Positions 8,267 through 17,349 of a stretch of DNA of 64,000 nt are shown here, piece after piece. The notes under the pieces were generated by a model. The model was not told the origin of the DNA. It saw nothing but the letters and a program-made list of their open reading frames with translations, and did no database searches. The stretch comes from a virus (lineage: Duplodnaviria > Caudoviricetes). The DNA lies in the IMG/VR virus record IMGVR_UViG_3300021958_000041, positions 1-64,000 of that record. One strand, 5' to 3'. Position 1 is the first letter of the stretch. Each line of letters starts with the position of its first letter. Position numbers and translations under genes: made by a program.

Positions 8267-9875
8267 GCAACAGCAACAAGCGGTAGAGGATGAATCCAAT
8301 AATATCTGCGTAATTGCAGGCGCTGGTAGTGGTAAAACTAGAACGCTTTGCGCTAAGATAAACCATTTAGTTTCGCTAGGCGTAGACCCTAAGAGTATCT
8401 GTTGCATCACATTCACAACTTCAGCTGCTAAAACTATAAGAGAAAGAACAAATAAGGATATAGGATTCATAGGCACTCTTCATTCATATATGTTTTCAAT
8501 TTTAGTTAAGAATAATAATGAGCTTGTCCTATTTCCAGAAGAAGAGGTAGCTAATGTATTAAAAAAGTACGCAGGCAAACTAAATTTCAAAACCAAAAGT
8601 ACTAAAAAGCTTTTAGAGCTAAGAAGGAATTGGTGGAAAGTACAAGATGGACATGAGTTCTCAAGAGCAGAATCACAACTCGCACAGCAATATTCAATGC
8701 ACTTACGCTCTATGGGCTGTGTTGATTATGACGGAATACTTGAGTATGGATTATCTTTCGTCAGAGAATATCTAATGTGTGGTGAAATCAAACACTTACT
8801 TGTAGATGAATTCCAAGATTCAGCAGATATAGACATTGCGATTTACGAGTCACTTAATGTTGATAGTAGATTTTATGTAGGTGACCCTAGGCAAGCTATA
8901 TATGGATTCCGAGGTGGAAATAAAGAAAACCTAAATAAATACGCTAAATCTGATTTTAGTGTTCATTATTTAACTGATAATTACAGGTCATCTGAAAAAA
9001 TATGCTCAATTGCGAATAATATTCACAAGGATGAAAAGCCAATGAATGCATTCTTCGAATTTGATGATAATTCTGTGTATATTTGCGAAATGGAAGATAG
9101 TACGGATGAGTTGCATTTTATTACTAATTTTCTATTGCGTCCAGAATGGCAAAAAGATTCCGCAATATTGTGTAGGACTAATTTTTATGCTAAAAAAGTC
9201 AAAGAGTACCTAAAGAGTAGAGGTATTAATGTGCAGGAAACTAAAAGCTTAATAGATAGGAGCGATTTTTGGAAAATAGATTATTTGATAAATCTCAAAT
9301 CAAACCCAAATAGCAGAACCGCAGCCGAACTATACTTACGTAGGCTTCACCCCAACAAACCTGATGGTTTTTATTTAGAACAATTGAACTCAGGCATCTT
9401 CAATGTAAATCATTCACCTGACCAACCACTATCCTCTTTCCTTTCAGCAAATGGATTATCAATGGAAACAATAATGTTATTAAATCCAATAATTGAAAGC
9501 ATTGACTATATTGAAGACCCTAAGGAATTAAGTTTAGCAATTAAATCAGCAATGACTCAAGTAGGCAAAGATGAAGATGCAATATATGTAGGTACAATAC
9601 ATTCATCAAAATCAATGGAGTGGAACAATGTATTTATTCCTTTCTGCAATGAAGGCATACTCCCACTTGCTAGCGCACCAATGGAAGATGAGCGTAACTT
9701 AATGTATGTAGCCTGCACTAGAGCAAAGCATAATATAGTTTTCTCATGGTCAAAACTTATTGAAAGCCCAAATCCTTTTTCAGTTGACTTGCAACAAGGA
9801 GAAATTTCAAATTTCATTAAGAACGAAAAAATAGAAAAAGTAAGTAAGATAGAACATTTTCACGAAAGCTTATAA
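8253..9875 (+). CDS. uvrD: UvrD/Rep/PcrA-family SF1 helicase
   Basis: AGAGSGKT, LLVDEFQD, VGDPRQAIYGFRG, NYRS, ILCRTN, TIHSSKSMEW, ERNLMYVACTRAK. Confidence 0.92.
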   Translation: MNLSKQQQQAVEDESNNICVIAGAGSGKTRTLCAKINHLVSLGVDPKSICCITFTTSAAKTIRERTNKDIGFIGTLHSYMFSILVKNNNELVLFPEEEVANVLKKYAGKLNFKTKSTKKLLELRRNWWKVQDGHEFSRAESQLAQQYSMHLRSMGCVDYDGILEYGLSFVREYLMCGEIKHLLVDEFQDSADIDIAIYESLNVDSRFYVGDPRQAIYGFRGGNKENLNKYAKSDFSVHYLTDNYRSSEKICSIANNIHKDEKPMNAFFEFDDNSVYICEMEDSTDELHFITNFLLRPEWQKDSAILCRTNFYAKKVKEYLKSRGINVQETKSLIDRSDFWKIDYLINLKSNPNSRTAAELYLRRLHPNKPDGFYLEQLNSGIFNVNHSPDQPLSSFLSANGLSMETIMLLNPIIESIDYIEDPKELSLAIKSAMTQVGKDEDAIYVGTIHSSKSMEWNNVFIPFCNEGILPLASAPMEDERNLMYVACTRAKHNIVFSWSKLIESPNPFSVDLQQGEISNFIKNEKIEKVSKIEHFHESL

Positions 9876-9885
9876 CTTTCGCATA

Positions 9886-9922
9886 GGGAGCTAGTTTTGG
9901 GGTAGACTAGTTCCCTTTTTTT
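9886..9922 (+). terminator. Intrinsic terminator
   Basis: GGGAGCTAGTT...GACTAGTTCCC stem followed by T7. Confidence 0.8.
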
Positions 9923-9941
9923 GGAAAAAATAAAAAAAGAT

Positions 9942-9970
9942 TTGACGTCAACAATTTGTTGGGGTAATTT
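9942..9970 (+). promoter_or_regulatory. Sigma70-like promoter
   Basis: TTGACG-N17-TAATTT between the terminator and the 9994 ORF. Confidence 0.55.
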
Positions 9971-9993
9971 TCCTGTATAAACAATTAAATAAA

Positions 9994-11226
9994 ATGAATG
10001 ACGAATATAAAATAATTAGAAGTAACGGAAAATTAAGTGATATTGAATCTGGATACAAAAAAGAAATTGAGATAAAAAATCCAAAGTCAATTTCTCATGT
10101 TACTAAAAAATTAATGAAGATTGAGAGAATTAGAAATGAGTTTTTCCCAAAAATTTACAAGTCTACAAAAACTCATTACTGCCCTATGGAATGCTCAACC
10201 ACTTTATTTGGTGTATTAGCTAGTGATAAGGCTAGTCATAACAAAGAGGTATGCAGTAAAGTTCATTCAGAGCGCAAGAAATATAATTTCCCCACATTTT
10301 TTGTTGAGCCTGATTTACTTAAGATGATTCAAATGACTCAAATCAAAAAAGGTTTATCGCTTGAAGACGTTAAGTGGCCACTAAACTCCATGCTTTTCAC
10401 ATTCCCCAAGAGGCATTATTTAGCAGGAACTTACAACCAAAAGATGGTGTACGCTCAGGGCGTTTATGTTGCAAGAACATTTGATATACAGACACTAGAG
10501 TTTCAAATGAGAGCAAGTAAAGAGGGTAAAAACTCAGATGATTATAGACTTTATGATAGCGAGCTTTCGGATGATTTTTCAGCAATTTTAGATGCGTCAG
10601 AATTTAGCCAAAGTGATTACGATAAAGCCATAAAAAAATATGAACCAATTTATGGCAATGGACTTAAGGTAATAGAATCTATTGGCATGGTAGTTCCACT
10701 TTCAGATGGAAGTGTATGCACTATGAGTTACCCAATCAATGGAGACTTCATGGAAACCCTTAAGATTTACAAGAATATTTACACCTACGAAGATATAGAT
10801 GGGAATATCACTACGGAAGACCAATTCAAGCAAAGCCCTGATGAGTATACTCTTATGGGCAGACTTCCTGATGGCTCACTAATTGAGGATGAGACCACAA
10901 TGATGCAGGATATAGCTCTGAATGCAATAAAACTTGTGGTTTATATGGCTTCTAGGAAAACGGAGTGGACTGCAACTGAAACGAAATGCGGTATAGTAAA
11001 AGGCAGAAGGTTTGGTAAATCGCCTATGTGGACTCCTAATTTTTTAGGCAAACAATACTCAGGCTACATTGACCAGCAAGAAAGAAAATCAGAAAACAAA
11101 AATGGCAAAAAACTTAAGTTCCATTGGCGCTTAGGGTATCACGGAATTAGATGGCATGGTAAAGGCAGAACCCAAAAGAAGATTGTTTGGGTACTTCCTT
11201 ATAAAGTTAACGAAGATAATAAATAA
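9994..11226 (+). CDS. Hypothetical protein with a C-terminal basic H/W/R motif
   Basis: 410 aa ending KFHWRLGYHGIRWHGKGRTQKKIVWVLPYKV. Confidence 0.75.
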   Translation: MNDEYKIIRSNGKLSDIESGYKKEIEIKNPKSISHVTKKLMKIERIRNEFFPKIYKSTKTHYCPMECSTTLFGVLASDKASHNKEVCSKVHSERKKYNFPTFFVEPDLLKMIQMTQIKKGLSLEDVKWPLNSMLFTFPKRHYLAGTYNQKMVYAQGVYVARTFDIQTLEFQMRASKEGKNSDDYRLYDSELSDDFSAILDASEFSQSDYDKAIKKYEPIYGNGLKVIESIGMVVPLSDGSVCTMSYPINGDFMETLKIYKNIYTYEDIDGNITTEDQFKQSPDEYTLMGRLPDGSLIEDETTMMQDIALNAIKLVVYMASRKTEWTATETKCGIVKGRRFGKSPMWTPNFLGKQYSGYIDQQERKSENKNGKKLKFHWRLGYHGIRWHGKGRTQKKIVWVLPYKVNEDNK

Positions 11227-11227
11227 A

Positions 11228-11827
11228 ATGAAACACGAAAATTTTTTAAAGCTACTAACCCTTAGGGATAGAATAAAACTAGATTCTGCCCCTAAGATTA
11301 CAAATAAATCAATGCTGAAAGATGAGATTAAGAATACAATAGATGAAGCGTTAAAGTACCTAGATAGCAGAACTTCCTCATTGTGGACTAGCTATTACAT
11401 GGAGAAATTCCTTGAATGGTTTTGCTTGAATTGTCTTGGTGGACAGGTAGAGCCTAGCCAACTTTCACATAAGCAAAAAAATGAAATATTTAAAGATGTG
11501 TTTAATAAATCACAATATAATTACGACAGGAATGACTTAATTGTCGACGTGACAAGGTCTACACTTGAGGGGAACTTTAAAAAATTCAAAAGGATAATAT
11601 GTACGCAGATAGAAGAGTATTTTAAGCAGCCTATGGTAACCCCAGAGGACTTTAGTGAAAATCTATCACATTCACCCTCTAAGAATACATGCTCTCAAAT
11701 AGTTGCCGTCCTCATGGAGGTAATAGCGGATGAAGCTGGATGGAGAAGTAGGCAGTTATGCGATGAAGAAATCAACCCTGCCGTTCAAGCTAAAATCCAT
11801 GAATTAGGCGAACTTTTAACAAAATAA
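11228..11827 (+). CDS. Hypothetical protein
   Basis: Start reassigned to ATG 11228 (MKHENF), 1 nt after the upstream stop. Confidence 0.65.
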   Translation: MKHENFLKLLTLRDRIKLDSAPKITNKSMLKDEIKNTIDEALKYLDSRTSSLWTSYYMEKFLEWFCLNCLGGQVEPSQLSHKQKNEIFKDVFNKSQYNYDRNDLIVDVTRSTLEGNFKKFKRIICTQIEEYFKQPMVTPEDFSENLSHSPSKNTCSQIVAVLMEVIADEAGWRSRQLCDEEINPAVQAKIHELGELLTK

Positions 11828-11830
11828 ATT

Positions 11831-12343
11831 ATGAATAAAAAAATTGGATACAAAGAATTAATTAATCACCTTAATGATGACGATAAAGAATCATTACAGA
11901 AAGTTTTCTGTGAAGATAGCGTAAGTATATCTACATTAGCACAAGAATACGAAACATCATCTGCGGTAATGCGAAGAGTTATAATGGAAATATTTGGTGA
12001 GGTTGGATATGAAATTGCCAAGAACCAAAGAAAGGCAAAGCAAAAGAAGTTTAAGAACTTACGTTCTTATGCAAGCAAGCACCTTAATTCCAGAGTCTTA
12101 TACAAAGTATTATATTACTTGCAAGAAACCTCATTGAATTACTACCAAATTTCCAAAAATGTAAATTGCTCAAGAGAGAGAGTTGGTCAAATTGCTAAAG
12201 AGTGTCTTGAAAACAATATTTCTCTAAACATGGAGAGAGCGGAAAAAATGAACGATAGTAGATATTATAAAACGAGAATGGTAAGAGGTTATATCAAAAC
12301 AACCGAAGATAAAACTACATTTGTTAAGCCAAATGCTGTATAA
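11831..12343 (+). CDS. Helix-turn-helix protein, second HTH sigma70 region-4-like
   Basis: SISTLAQEYETSSAVMRRVI and NYYQISKNVNCSRERVGQI (SRERVxQI is the sigma 4.2-type recognition helix). Confidence 0.65.
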   Translation: MNKKIGYKELINHLNDDDKESLQKVFCEDSVSISTLAQEYETSSAVMRRVIMEIFGEVGYEIAKNQRKAKQKKFKNLRSYASKHLNSRVLYKVLYYLQETSLNYYQISKNVNCSRERVGQIAKECLENNISLNMERAEKMNDSRYYKTRMVRGYIKTTEDKTTFVKPNAV

Positions 12344-12390
12344 AATGAAAAATAAAATAAGAAATAAATATAAAATAGAAATATAAAAAA

Positions 12391-12666
12391 ATGATTGCAG
12401 AAAAAAGAAAAACAAAAAAAACAACTACATCAACTAAGCCAATTAGCGGTATATCTAAAACTACAATAGAATGGGGTTTATATAAAAAACAAAACCAAAA
12501 TTATATTTCATCAAGTGAAGAAAATTGCTTGCTTTCTGGTCGTACTTTTGAGAGTAATAACCCTGTCCAAGCACTAGAAGATGCATTTTCTTCTATTGCA
12601 CAAATTGTGACAGAATTAAATTTAGATAGAGGAACTGAAGTGAGAGTTTCAGTAAGAAAGAATTAA
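12391..12666 (+). CDS. Hypothetical protein
   Basis: 91-aa ORF in operon orientation. Confidence 0.55.
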   Translation: MIAEKRKTKKTTTSTKPISGISKTTIEWGLYKKQNQNYISSSEENCLLSGRTFESNNPVQALEDAFSSIAQIVTELNLDRGTEVRVSVRKN

Positions 12667-12722
12667 CATGAAATAAACATAAAAATATTTTAAACATTTT
12701 GGAAGGGCTTATAATCCTTCCT

Positions 12723-12901
12723 GTGGGTGACTGAATAATGGCCTCACAAGCGCCATAAAGTATCGCACTTCCCTGTGGTGGGGAAGGAAGGGTCCGAACG
12801 GATTAATCCTTGGATTACCAACTAAGTGCGAGTGCAAGTAGGAACACGAACTGCTGTTTGTGCCGAAAGTTGCGGGTATACAGTATTCCCGCCCCACACC
12901 A
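12723..12901 (+). ncRNA. Candidate ~180-nt structured ncRNA ending in CCA
   Basis: GC-rich intergenic island. TATAAT at 12710-12715, GTGGG/CCCAC closing stem then ACCA, GCGGG/CCCGC arm, two long-range helices, and a downstream terminator. Confidence 0.6.
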
Positions 12902-12911
12902 TTTTAAACTC

Positions 12912-12945
12912 AAGGGAAAGGGAGTAAATCTCCCTTCCCCTTTTT
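12912..12945 (+). terminator. Intrinsic terminator
   Basis: AAGGGAAAGGGAG-TAAAT-CTCCCTTCCCCTTTTT. Confidence 0.8.
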
Positions 12946-13013
12946 AACCTACACAAACAATCAAATAGACTTTAATTTTAAAATGACGTTCAATTTTTGA
13001 TTTTATCTACTTA

Positions 13014-13043
13014 TTGACATAATAGGACTTGAAATAATAAGTT
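13014..13043 (+). promoter_or_regulatory. Sigma70-like promoter, possibly giving a leaderless mRNA
   Basis: TTGACA-N18-TAAGTT ends 5 nt before the ATG at 13049. Confidence 0.45.
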
Positions 13044-13048
13044 GTACT

Positions 13049-13969
13049 ATGCCTGTGAAAAAAATTCCCGCTGGTACGACTGAAATAATTGAAAAAAGTC
13101 GTAATGTTCATTTCATTAAACATGCCCTAAAAAGCACAAAAGAAAAAGATGCATTTTGGGTTTTGTTAAGCTTTGATAGACATCACGATAACCCAAAGTC
13201 TGACAATGTAATGGAAAAAAGACATCTTGAGCAGGCGCGAGAAAAGAATGCAATTATTATTGATGGTGGAGATTTATTTTGTGCTATGCAAGGTAAGTAT
13301 GACCCAAGGTCTGACAAGAGAGACCTAAAGCCTGAACATCAAACTGGAGATTATCTAGATAAACTTGTATCAACTGCTGCAGATTTTTATGGCCCATACG
13401 CTGACCTTTTTGCAATAATAGCCCCAGGCAACCACGAAACTGCAATATCGAAAAGGCATGAAACAAATCTTACGGAAAGATTAGTTACCATGCTTAACGA
13501 CAGGACTGGTTCAAAAATAAAAGTTGGTGGATTTAGTGGTTGGGTTAAATTTCAAATATTGCTTTACGGACAAGCTATGAGTATAAATTTATGGTATCAT
13601 CATGGCTATGGTGGAGATGCGCCAGTGACTAAAGGTGTAATTCAAACCAATCGTCAGTCAGTATACCTTCCAGACGCTCACATTGTTGCAACGGGTCATA
13701 CTCATAATGAATGGCAATTTCCTATACCTAGGCTCAGGCTCTCAGGAAATGGTAAAGTTTACCATGATGAACAACTTCATTTAAAAGTTCCTTCATACAA
13801 AGAAGAGTATGTTGATGGTTATGGAGGATGGCATATTGAACGAGGTGGCCCGCCAAAACCCACAGGCGCAGTTTGGTTAAGAATTGGAGCTTTTAAGTCA
13901 TCTAAAGTTATAGACGGAAAAAAAACTGATATTTGCAATCCTGTAATAGATTGCTTTAGGGCAAAATAG
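13049..13969 (+). CDS. Calcineurin-like metallophosphoesterase
   Basis: DRHHD, GGD, PGNHE, HHG and GHTH metal-binding motifs in the canonical order. Confidence 0.85.
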   Translation: MPVKKIPAGTTEIIEKSRNVHFIKHALKSTKEKDAFWVLLSFDRHHDNPKSDNVMEKRHLEQAREKNAIIIDGGDLFCAMQGKYDPRSDKRDLKPEHQTGDYLDKLVSTAADFYGPYADLFAIIAPGNHETAISKRHETNLTERLVTMLNDRTGSKIKVGGFSGWVKFQILLYGQAMSINLWYHHGYGGDAPVTKGVIQTNRQSVYLPDAHIVATGHTHNEWQFPIPRLRLSGNGKVYHDEQLHLKVPSYKEEYVDGYGGWHIERGGPPKPTGAVWLRIGAFKSSKVIDGKKTDICNPVIDCFRAK

Positions 13970-13971
13970 AA

Positions 13972-14187
13972 GTGAGGTTAGATGAACAAATTGATACTTT
14001 TCAATTCAGATTAGAAAGTATTATAGATTATTTTGAAAGTGAATTTGATATTCCTTATCACGCAGTAATCGGTGTTCTAGAAGAAGTTAAAAAAGATTTT
14101 CTTGAAAAATCTAATGAAATGATATTTGAAATTGAAGATGAAGATGAAAATGAAAATGAAGATGATGGAGAAATGAATTATGCCTAG
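13972..14187 (+). CDS. Small acidic hypothetical protein
   Basis: GTG start, D/E-rich tail. Confidence 0.55.
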   Translation: MRLDEQIDTFQFRLESIIDYFESEFDIPYHAVIGVLEEVKKDFLEKSNEMIFEIEDEDENENEDDGEMNYA

Positions 14188-14452
14188 TTTGGGAAAAATG
14201 ATAAGAGATTTTGGTAGCGCAATGCTACGCTCTGCAAAAGAAGGATTTCCGCCAGTGCCAAAACTTATATATCTTTCACGCAGAAATAGATGCGAAAGGT
14301 GTACCGATAAAGGTAGATGCCCACATTGCGGTTGCGTGTTATGGCTTAAATGCTCTATGGCTACAGAAAAATGCCCACTAGGACATTGGGATGAATATAA
14401 AAATGAACCTCATGGAGAATATGACCAGAAAATTAGAGAAAGGGAAAAATAA
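14180..14452 (+). CDS. Cys-rich putative Zn-binding protein (DUF6171-like)
   Basis: RCERC...RCPHCGC..WLK......CPLGHW. Confidence 0.55.
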   Translation: MPSLGKMIRDFGSAMLRSAKEGFPPVPKLIYLSRRNRCERCTDKGRCPHCGCVLWLKCSMATEKCPLGHWDEYKNEPHGEYDQKIREREK

Positions 14453-14507
14453 TTGTATTGACAAAAACTAAAAAGTAAGAGAATTATATATTTAATAAAA
14501 TAAAATT

Positions 14508-15446
14508 ATGATAATAATAAAAAATAAAACAAAAGACGCTTTTGCGCGCATACCTTTATTGTTGTTGAGTGACAATAGGTTAAAATGGAAAGATAAAGGA
14601 TTGCTATGCTATTTATTGAGTAAGCCCGAAGGTTGGAAGCTTCAAATTAATGATGTAATCAATCGAGGAGCGGATGGTAAAGATTCTATTTATGCAAGTT
14701 TAAATGCATTAATAAAAGCTGGTTACTGCCTTAGAATGGAAAGCAGAGATGCAGATGGTAAAATAAGTGGAGTCGAATACTCCGTTGCCGATAACCCGCA
14801 CTTTTTAGATTTAGAGAATTTATTACTAGAATCATATGATTCTGATAAACCGCATACGGAAAACCCGTATACGGAAAATCCGACTATTAGTAAGAATGAA
14901 TATAGTAAGAATGAAGAAGTAGTAAATAATGAATTATTTACAATGAATGCTATCGCCAAACCAAAAAGGAAAAATGATTTTCCTTGGCCACAAGTTATGG
15001 CCATATTTTTAAATCATCGACCAAATAAAAAATATAGAACCAATCCAAAAGGCGTAACTGATAGAAATATTAAATCTTTTTGGAGAAGAAATGGGAAAAG
15101 CGTTGAGGTATTCAACTTATTGTGTGAAAAGCTGAAAGAGTCTAGCTACCTTATGGGGCTAAATAAGTTTAGTGGGATATTCCCATCACCAGACCCAAAT
15201 TGGTCTTGGATTTTTAGCAAGACATCAAGTGGTGAATGGAGATGTGAAAAAATACTTAACGGAGATTATAGTGATGAGCGTATGAAGTTCACACTTACTC
15301 AATCAAACACCATTACTGCTATAGTGGTCGGTAAGGGTACGATGGAAATTGACTTGTCTGAAATATTAAGTGACGGAACAAGTAGATACGAAAAAATTGG
15401 TGTAGATGAATACACTTCAACTGATAAATATTTAGATAGGAAATAA
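14508..15446 (+). CDS. Phage replication initiator (N-terminal winged HTH)
   Basis: FARIP...DNRLKWKDKGLLCYLLSKPEGW...GKDSIYASLNALIKAGY, then a PxTENP repeat linker. Lies directly upstream of the primase-helicase. Confidence 0.75.
   Translation: MIIIKNKTKDAFARIPLLLLSDNRLKWKDKGLLCYLLSKPEGWKLQINDVINRGADGKDSIYASLNALIKAGYCLRMESRDADGKISGVEYSVADNPHFLDLENLLLESYDSDKPHTENPYTENPTISKNEYSKNEEVVNNELFTMNAIAKPKRKNDFPWPQVMAIFLNHRPNKKYRTNPKGVTDRNIKSFWRRNGKSVEVFNLLCEKLKESSYLMGLNKFSGIFPSPDPNWSWIFSKTSSGEWRCEKILNGDYSDERMKFTLTQSNTITAIVVGKGTMEIDLSEILSDGTSRYEKIGVDEYTSTDKYLDRK
14850..14915 (+). repeat. Tandem 15-bp-period repeats inside the initiator gene (putative origin iterons)
   Basis: CCGCATACGGAAAAC / CCGTATACGGAAAAT / CCG, then TAGTAAGAATGAA twice (14888 and 14903). 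Confidence 0.65.
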
Positions 15447-15447
15447 A

Positions 15448-17349
15448 ATGAACGCAGAAGAATTAAAAAGAGAATTAGCGAATCAATCTGAAAGCGTATG
15501 CCAGCATCTATTTCCGAATGGTAAACTTAAAGGAAAAGAATGGTTAGTTGGCTCAATTGACGGAGAGAGTGGAAGAACACTACAGATTTGTGTTTCGGGT
15601 TCAAAGTCAGGAGTTTGGGCTGATTTTAATGCAGGAATTAAGGGTAATAATTTATTAGAATTATGGATACAAAGTAGGAAGCTAAACTTTCTTGAAGCTT
15701 TTAATGAAGCAAAGGAGTTTTTGGGGGTCAAAGAGGAAAAATCCATATCAAGCCCTTCTCCAAAAGTTGAGTATACAATTCCAGAAAAACCTAAAGAAGA
15801 ACTTTCCGATGCATGTGAATCATACCTAGTTTCACGTGGAATATCTAAAGACACTTGTAGTGATTTTAAGGTGAGTTCAAACGAATATGGAACAGAAATT
15901 GTATTTCCCTACATAAGCTCATCAGGAGAAATGGAAATGATTAAGTATTTGGCGCTTGAACGAAAAGACGGAAAGAAAAAGGTCAGGTGTTCAAGTAATA
16001 GTAAAAAAACATTATTTGGTAAGCAATCAATAGGAGATGATGTATCAACTATTGTTATAACTGAAGGTGAAATAGACGCCATGAGTTACTACGAATGCGG
16101 AATACCAGCTTTATCAGTTCCATTTGGAGCCAAATGGGAAAATGACAGAGGTACAGACCCAAACTCTGAGTGGATTGCTAATGATTGGGATTTCCTAGAA
16201 AGGTTTGAAGTAATTTACCTATCAATGGATATGGATGAAGCAGGTCAAAAAGCATTGCAGTCAATCGCTAAAAGGCTTGGCATAGAAAGATGCGCGATAG
16301 TTAACTTGAAAAATAAAGATGCTAATGAAGAGCTTCAGAAAATAGGCAAAGAAGCAATCGTTGAGGCTATAAATAATGCATCCTTTGTTGAGCCAGAAAA
16401 ATTAAAAAATGTATCAGAATTCGGTGAGCGAATGCAGGAAAAATTCTTCGGTGATGAAGAGGTGCAGCTAGGAATACCTACGCCTTGGAGTATTCCTTTT
16501 CATTGGAGAATGAATGAGCTTACTGTACTGACAGGATTTAATGGCAGTGGTAAAAGTATGTTTCTAAATTGGGTTGTCATTAATTTAAGAGCGTTAGGTA
16601 AATCTACATGCATAGCTTCGCTAGAAATAAGACCTGAGGAGACCATAAGAGCCTTAGTAAGGCAGTCAGTAGGCGCTGATAGCCCTAAAGACCCATCGCA
16701 TCTTGAAGAATCCCTTAAGTGGCTCAGTGAAGGTTTTTGGTTCTATGACCATCATGGAGGAGTTGAAGTTGAGGAAATGCTTAAATCATTTAAATATGCC
16801 CATAGGAGATATAATGTTCAATTTTTCATAATAGACAGCTTAATGAAATGCGGATTGCGATTTGACGACTATAACGCGCAGAAAAAAACTATGGACATGC
16901 TAACCGAGTTTGTTGATAAGTTTGATGTGCATGTTTTTTTAGTCGCACACTCCAGAAAGAAGGACGGAGAAGGGGAGCGAGCAGGGAAAATGGATGTAAA
17001 AGGAATAAGCGAAATAACAGACAATGCTCACAATGTACTATCAATATGGAGAAATAAAAACAAAGAAGAGACTATAAACACCTTAAAGCAAAGCAAGAAC
17101 CCGCAAGACAAAATAAAAGAAGTAGAAGTTATGCGTTCAGTGCATGATGCGGTTTTTAGCGTGGAAAAGCAACGTGGTGATAAAGGAGAAGAACCAAAAT
17201 TGAAATTGTTTTACAACTTAAACACTAGGCAATATCATCAAGAACATGGGCAGAAAGAAATATTTGTTGAACCAAAAATTCCAAAACCAAAAATAAATCA
17301 AAAAATAGAAATAAAAGAATCATATGAAGATGAAGAGGACATATACTAA
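15448..17349 (+). CDS. Primase-helicase, T7 gp4/Twinkle type (TOPRIM plus SF4 helicase)
   Basis: VITEGEIDAMS, MDMDEAG, KDANE, TGFNGSGKS, FIIDSL, LVAHSRK. Confidence 0.9.
   Translation: MNAEELKRELANQSESVCQHLFPNGKLKGKEWLVGSIDGESGRTLQICVSGSKSGVWADFNAGIKGNNLLELWIQSRKLNFLEAFNEAKEFLGVKEEKSISSPSPKVEYTIPEKPKEELSDACESYLVSRGISKDTCSDFKVSSNEYGTEIVFPYISSSGEMEMIKYLALERKDGKKKVRCSSNSKKTLFGKQSIGDDVSTIVITEGEIDAMSYYECGIPALSVPFGAKWENDRGTDPNSEWIANDWDFLERFEVIYLSMDMDEAGQKALQSIAKRLGIERCAIVNLKNKDANEELQKIGKEAIVEAINNASFVEPEKLKNVSEFGERMQEKFFGDEEVQLGIPTPWSIPFHWRMNELTVLTGFNGSGKSMFLNWVVINLRALGKSTCIASLEIRPEETIRALVRQSVGADSPKDPSHLEESLKWLSEGFWFYDHHGGVEVEEMLKSFKYAHRRYNVQFFIIDSLMKCGLRFDDYNAQKKTMDMLTEFVDKFDVHVFLVAHSRKKDGEGERAGKMDVKGISEITDNAHNVLSIWRNKNKEETINTLKQSKNPQDKIKEVEVMRSVHDAVFSVEKQRGDKGEEPKLKLFYNLNTRQYHQEHGQKEIFVEPKIPKPKINQKIEIKESYEDEEDIY

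Noticed and set aside
6404-9875. Gabija-like defence system (ATPase plus UvrD)
   Set aside because: The ATPase ends just after Walker B with no TOPRIM/OLD nuclease domain, and the context is a phage recombination operon
12723-12901. Canonical tRNA or bona fide tmRNA gene
   Set aside because: No 7-bp acceptor stem, no TTCRA T-loop, no G3:U70, and no credible tag frame. Kept only as an unclassified ncRNA candidate
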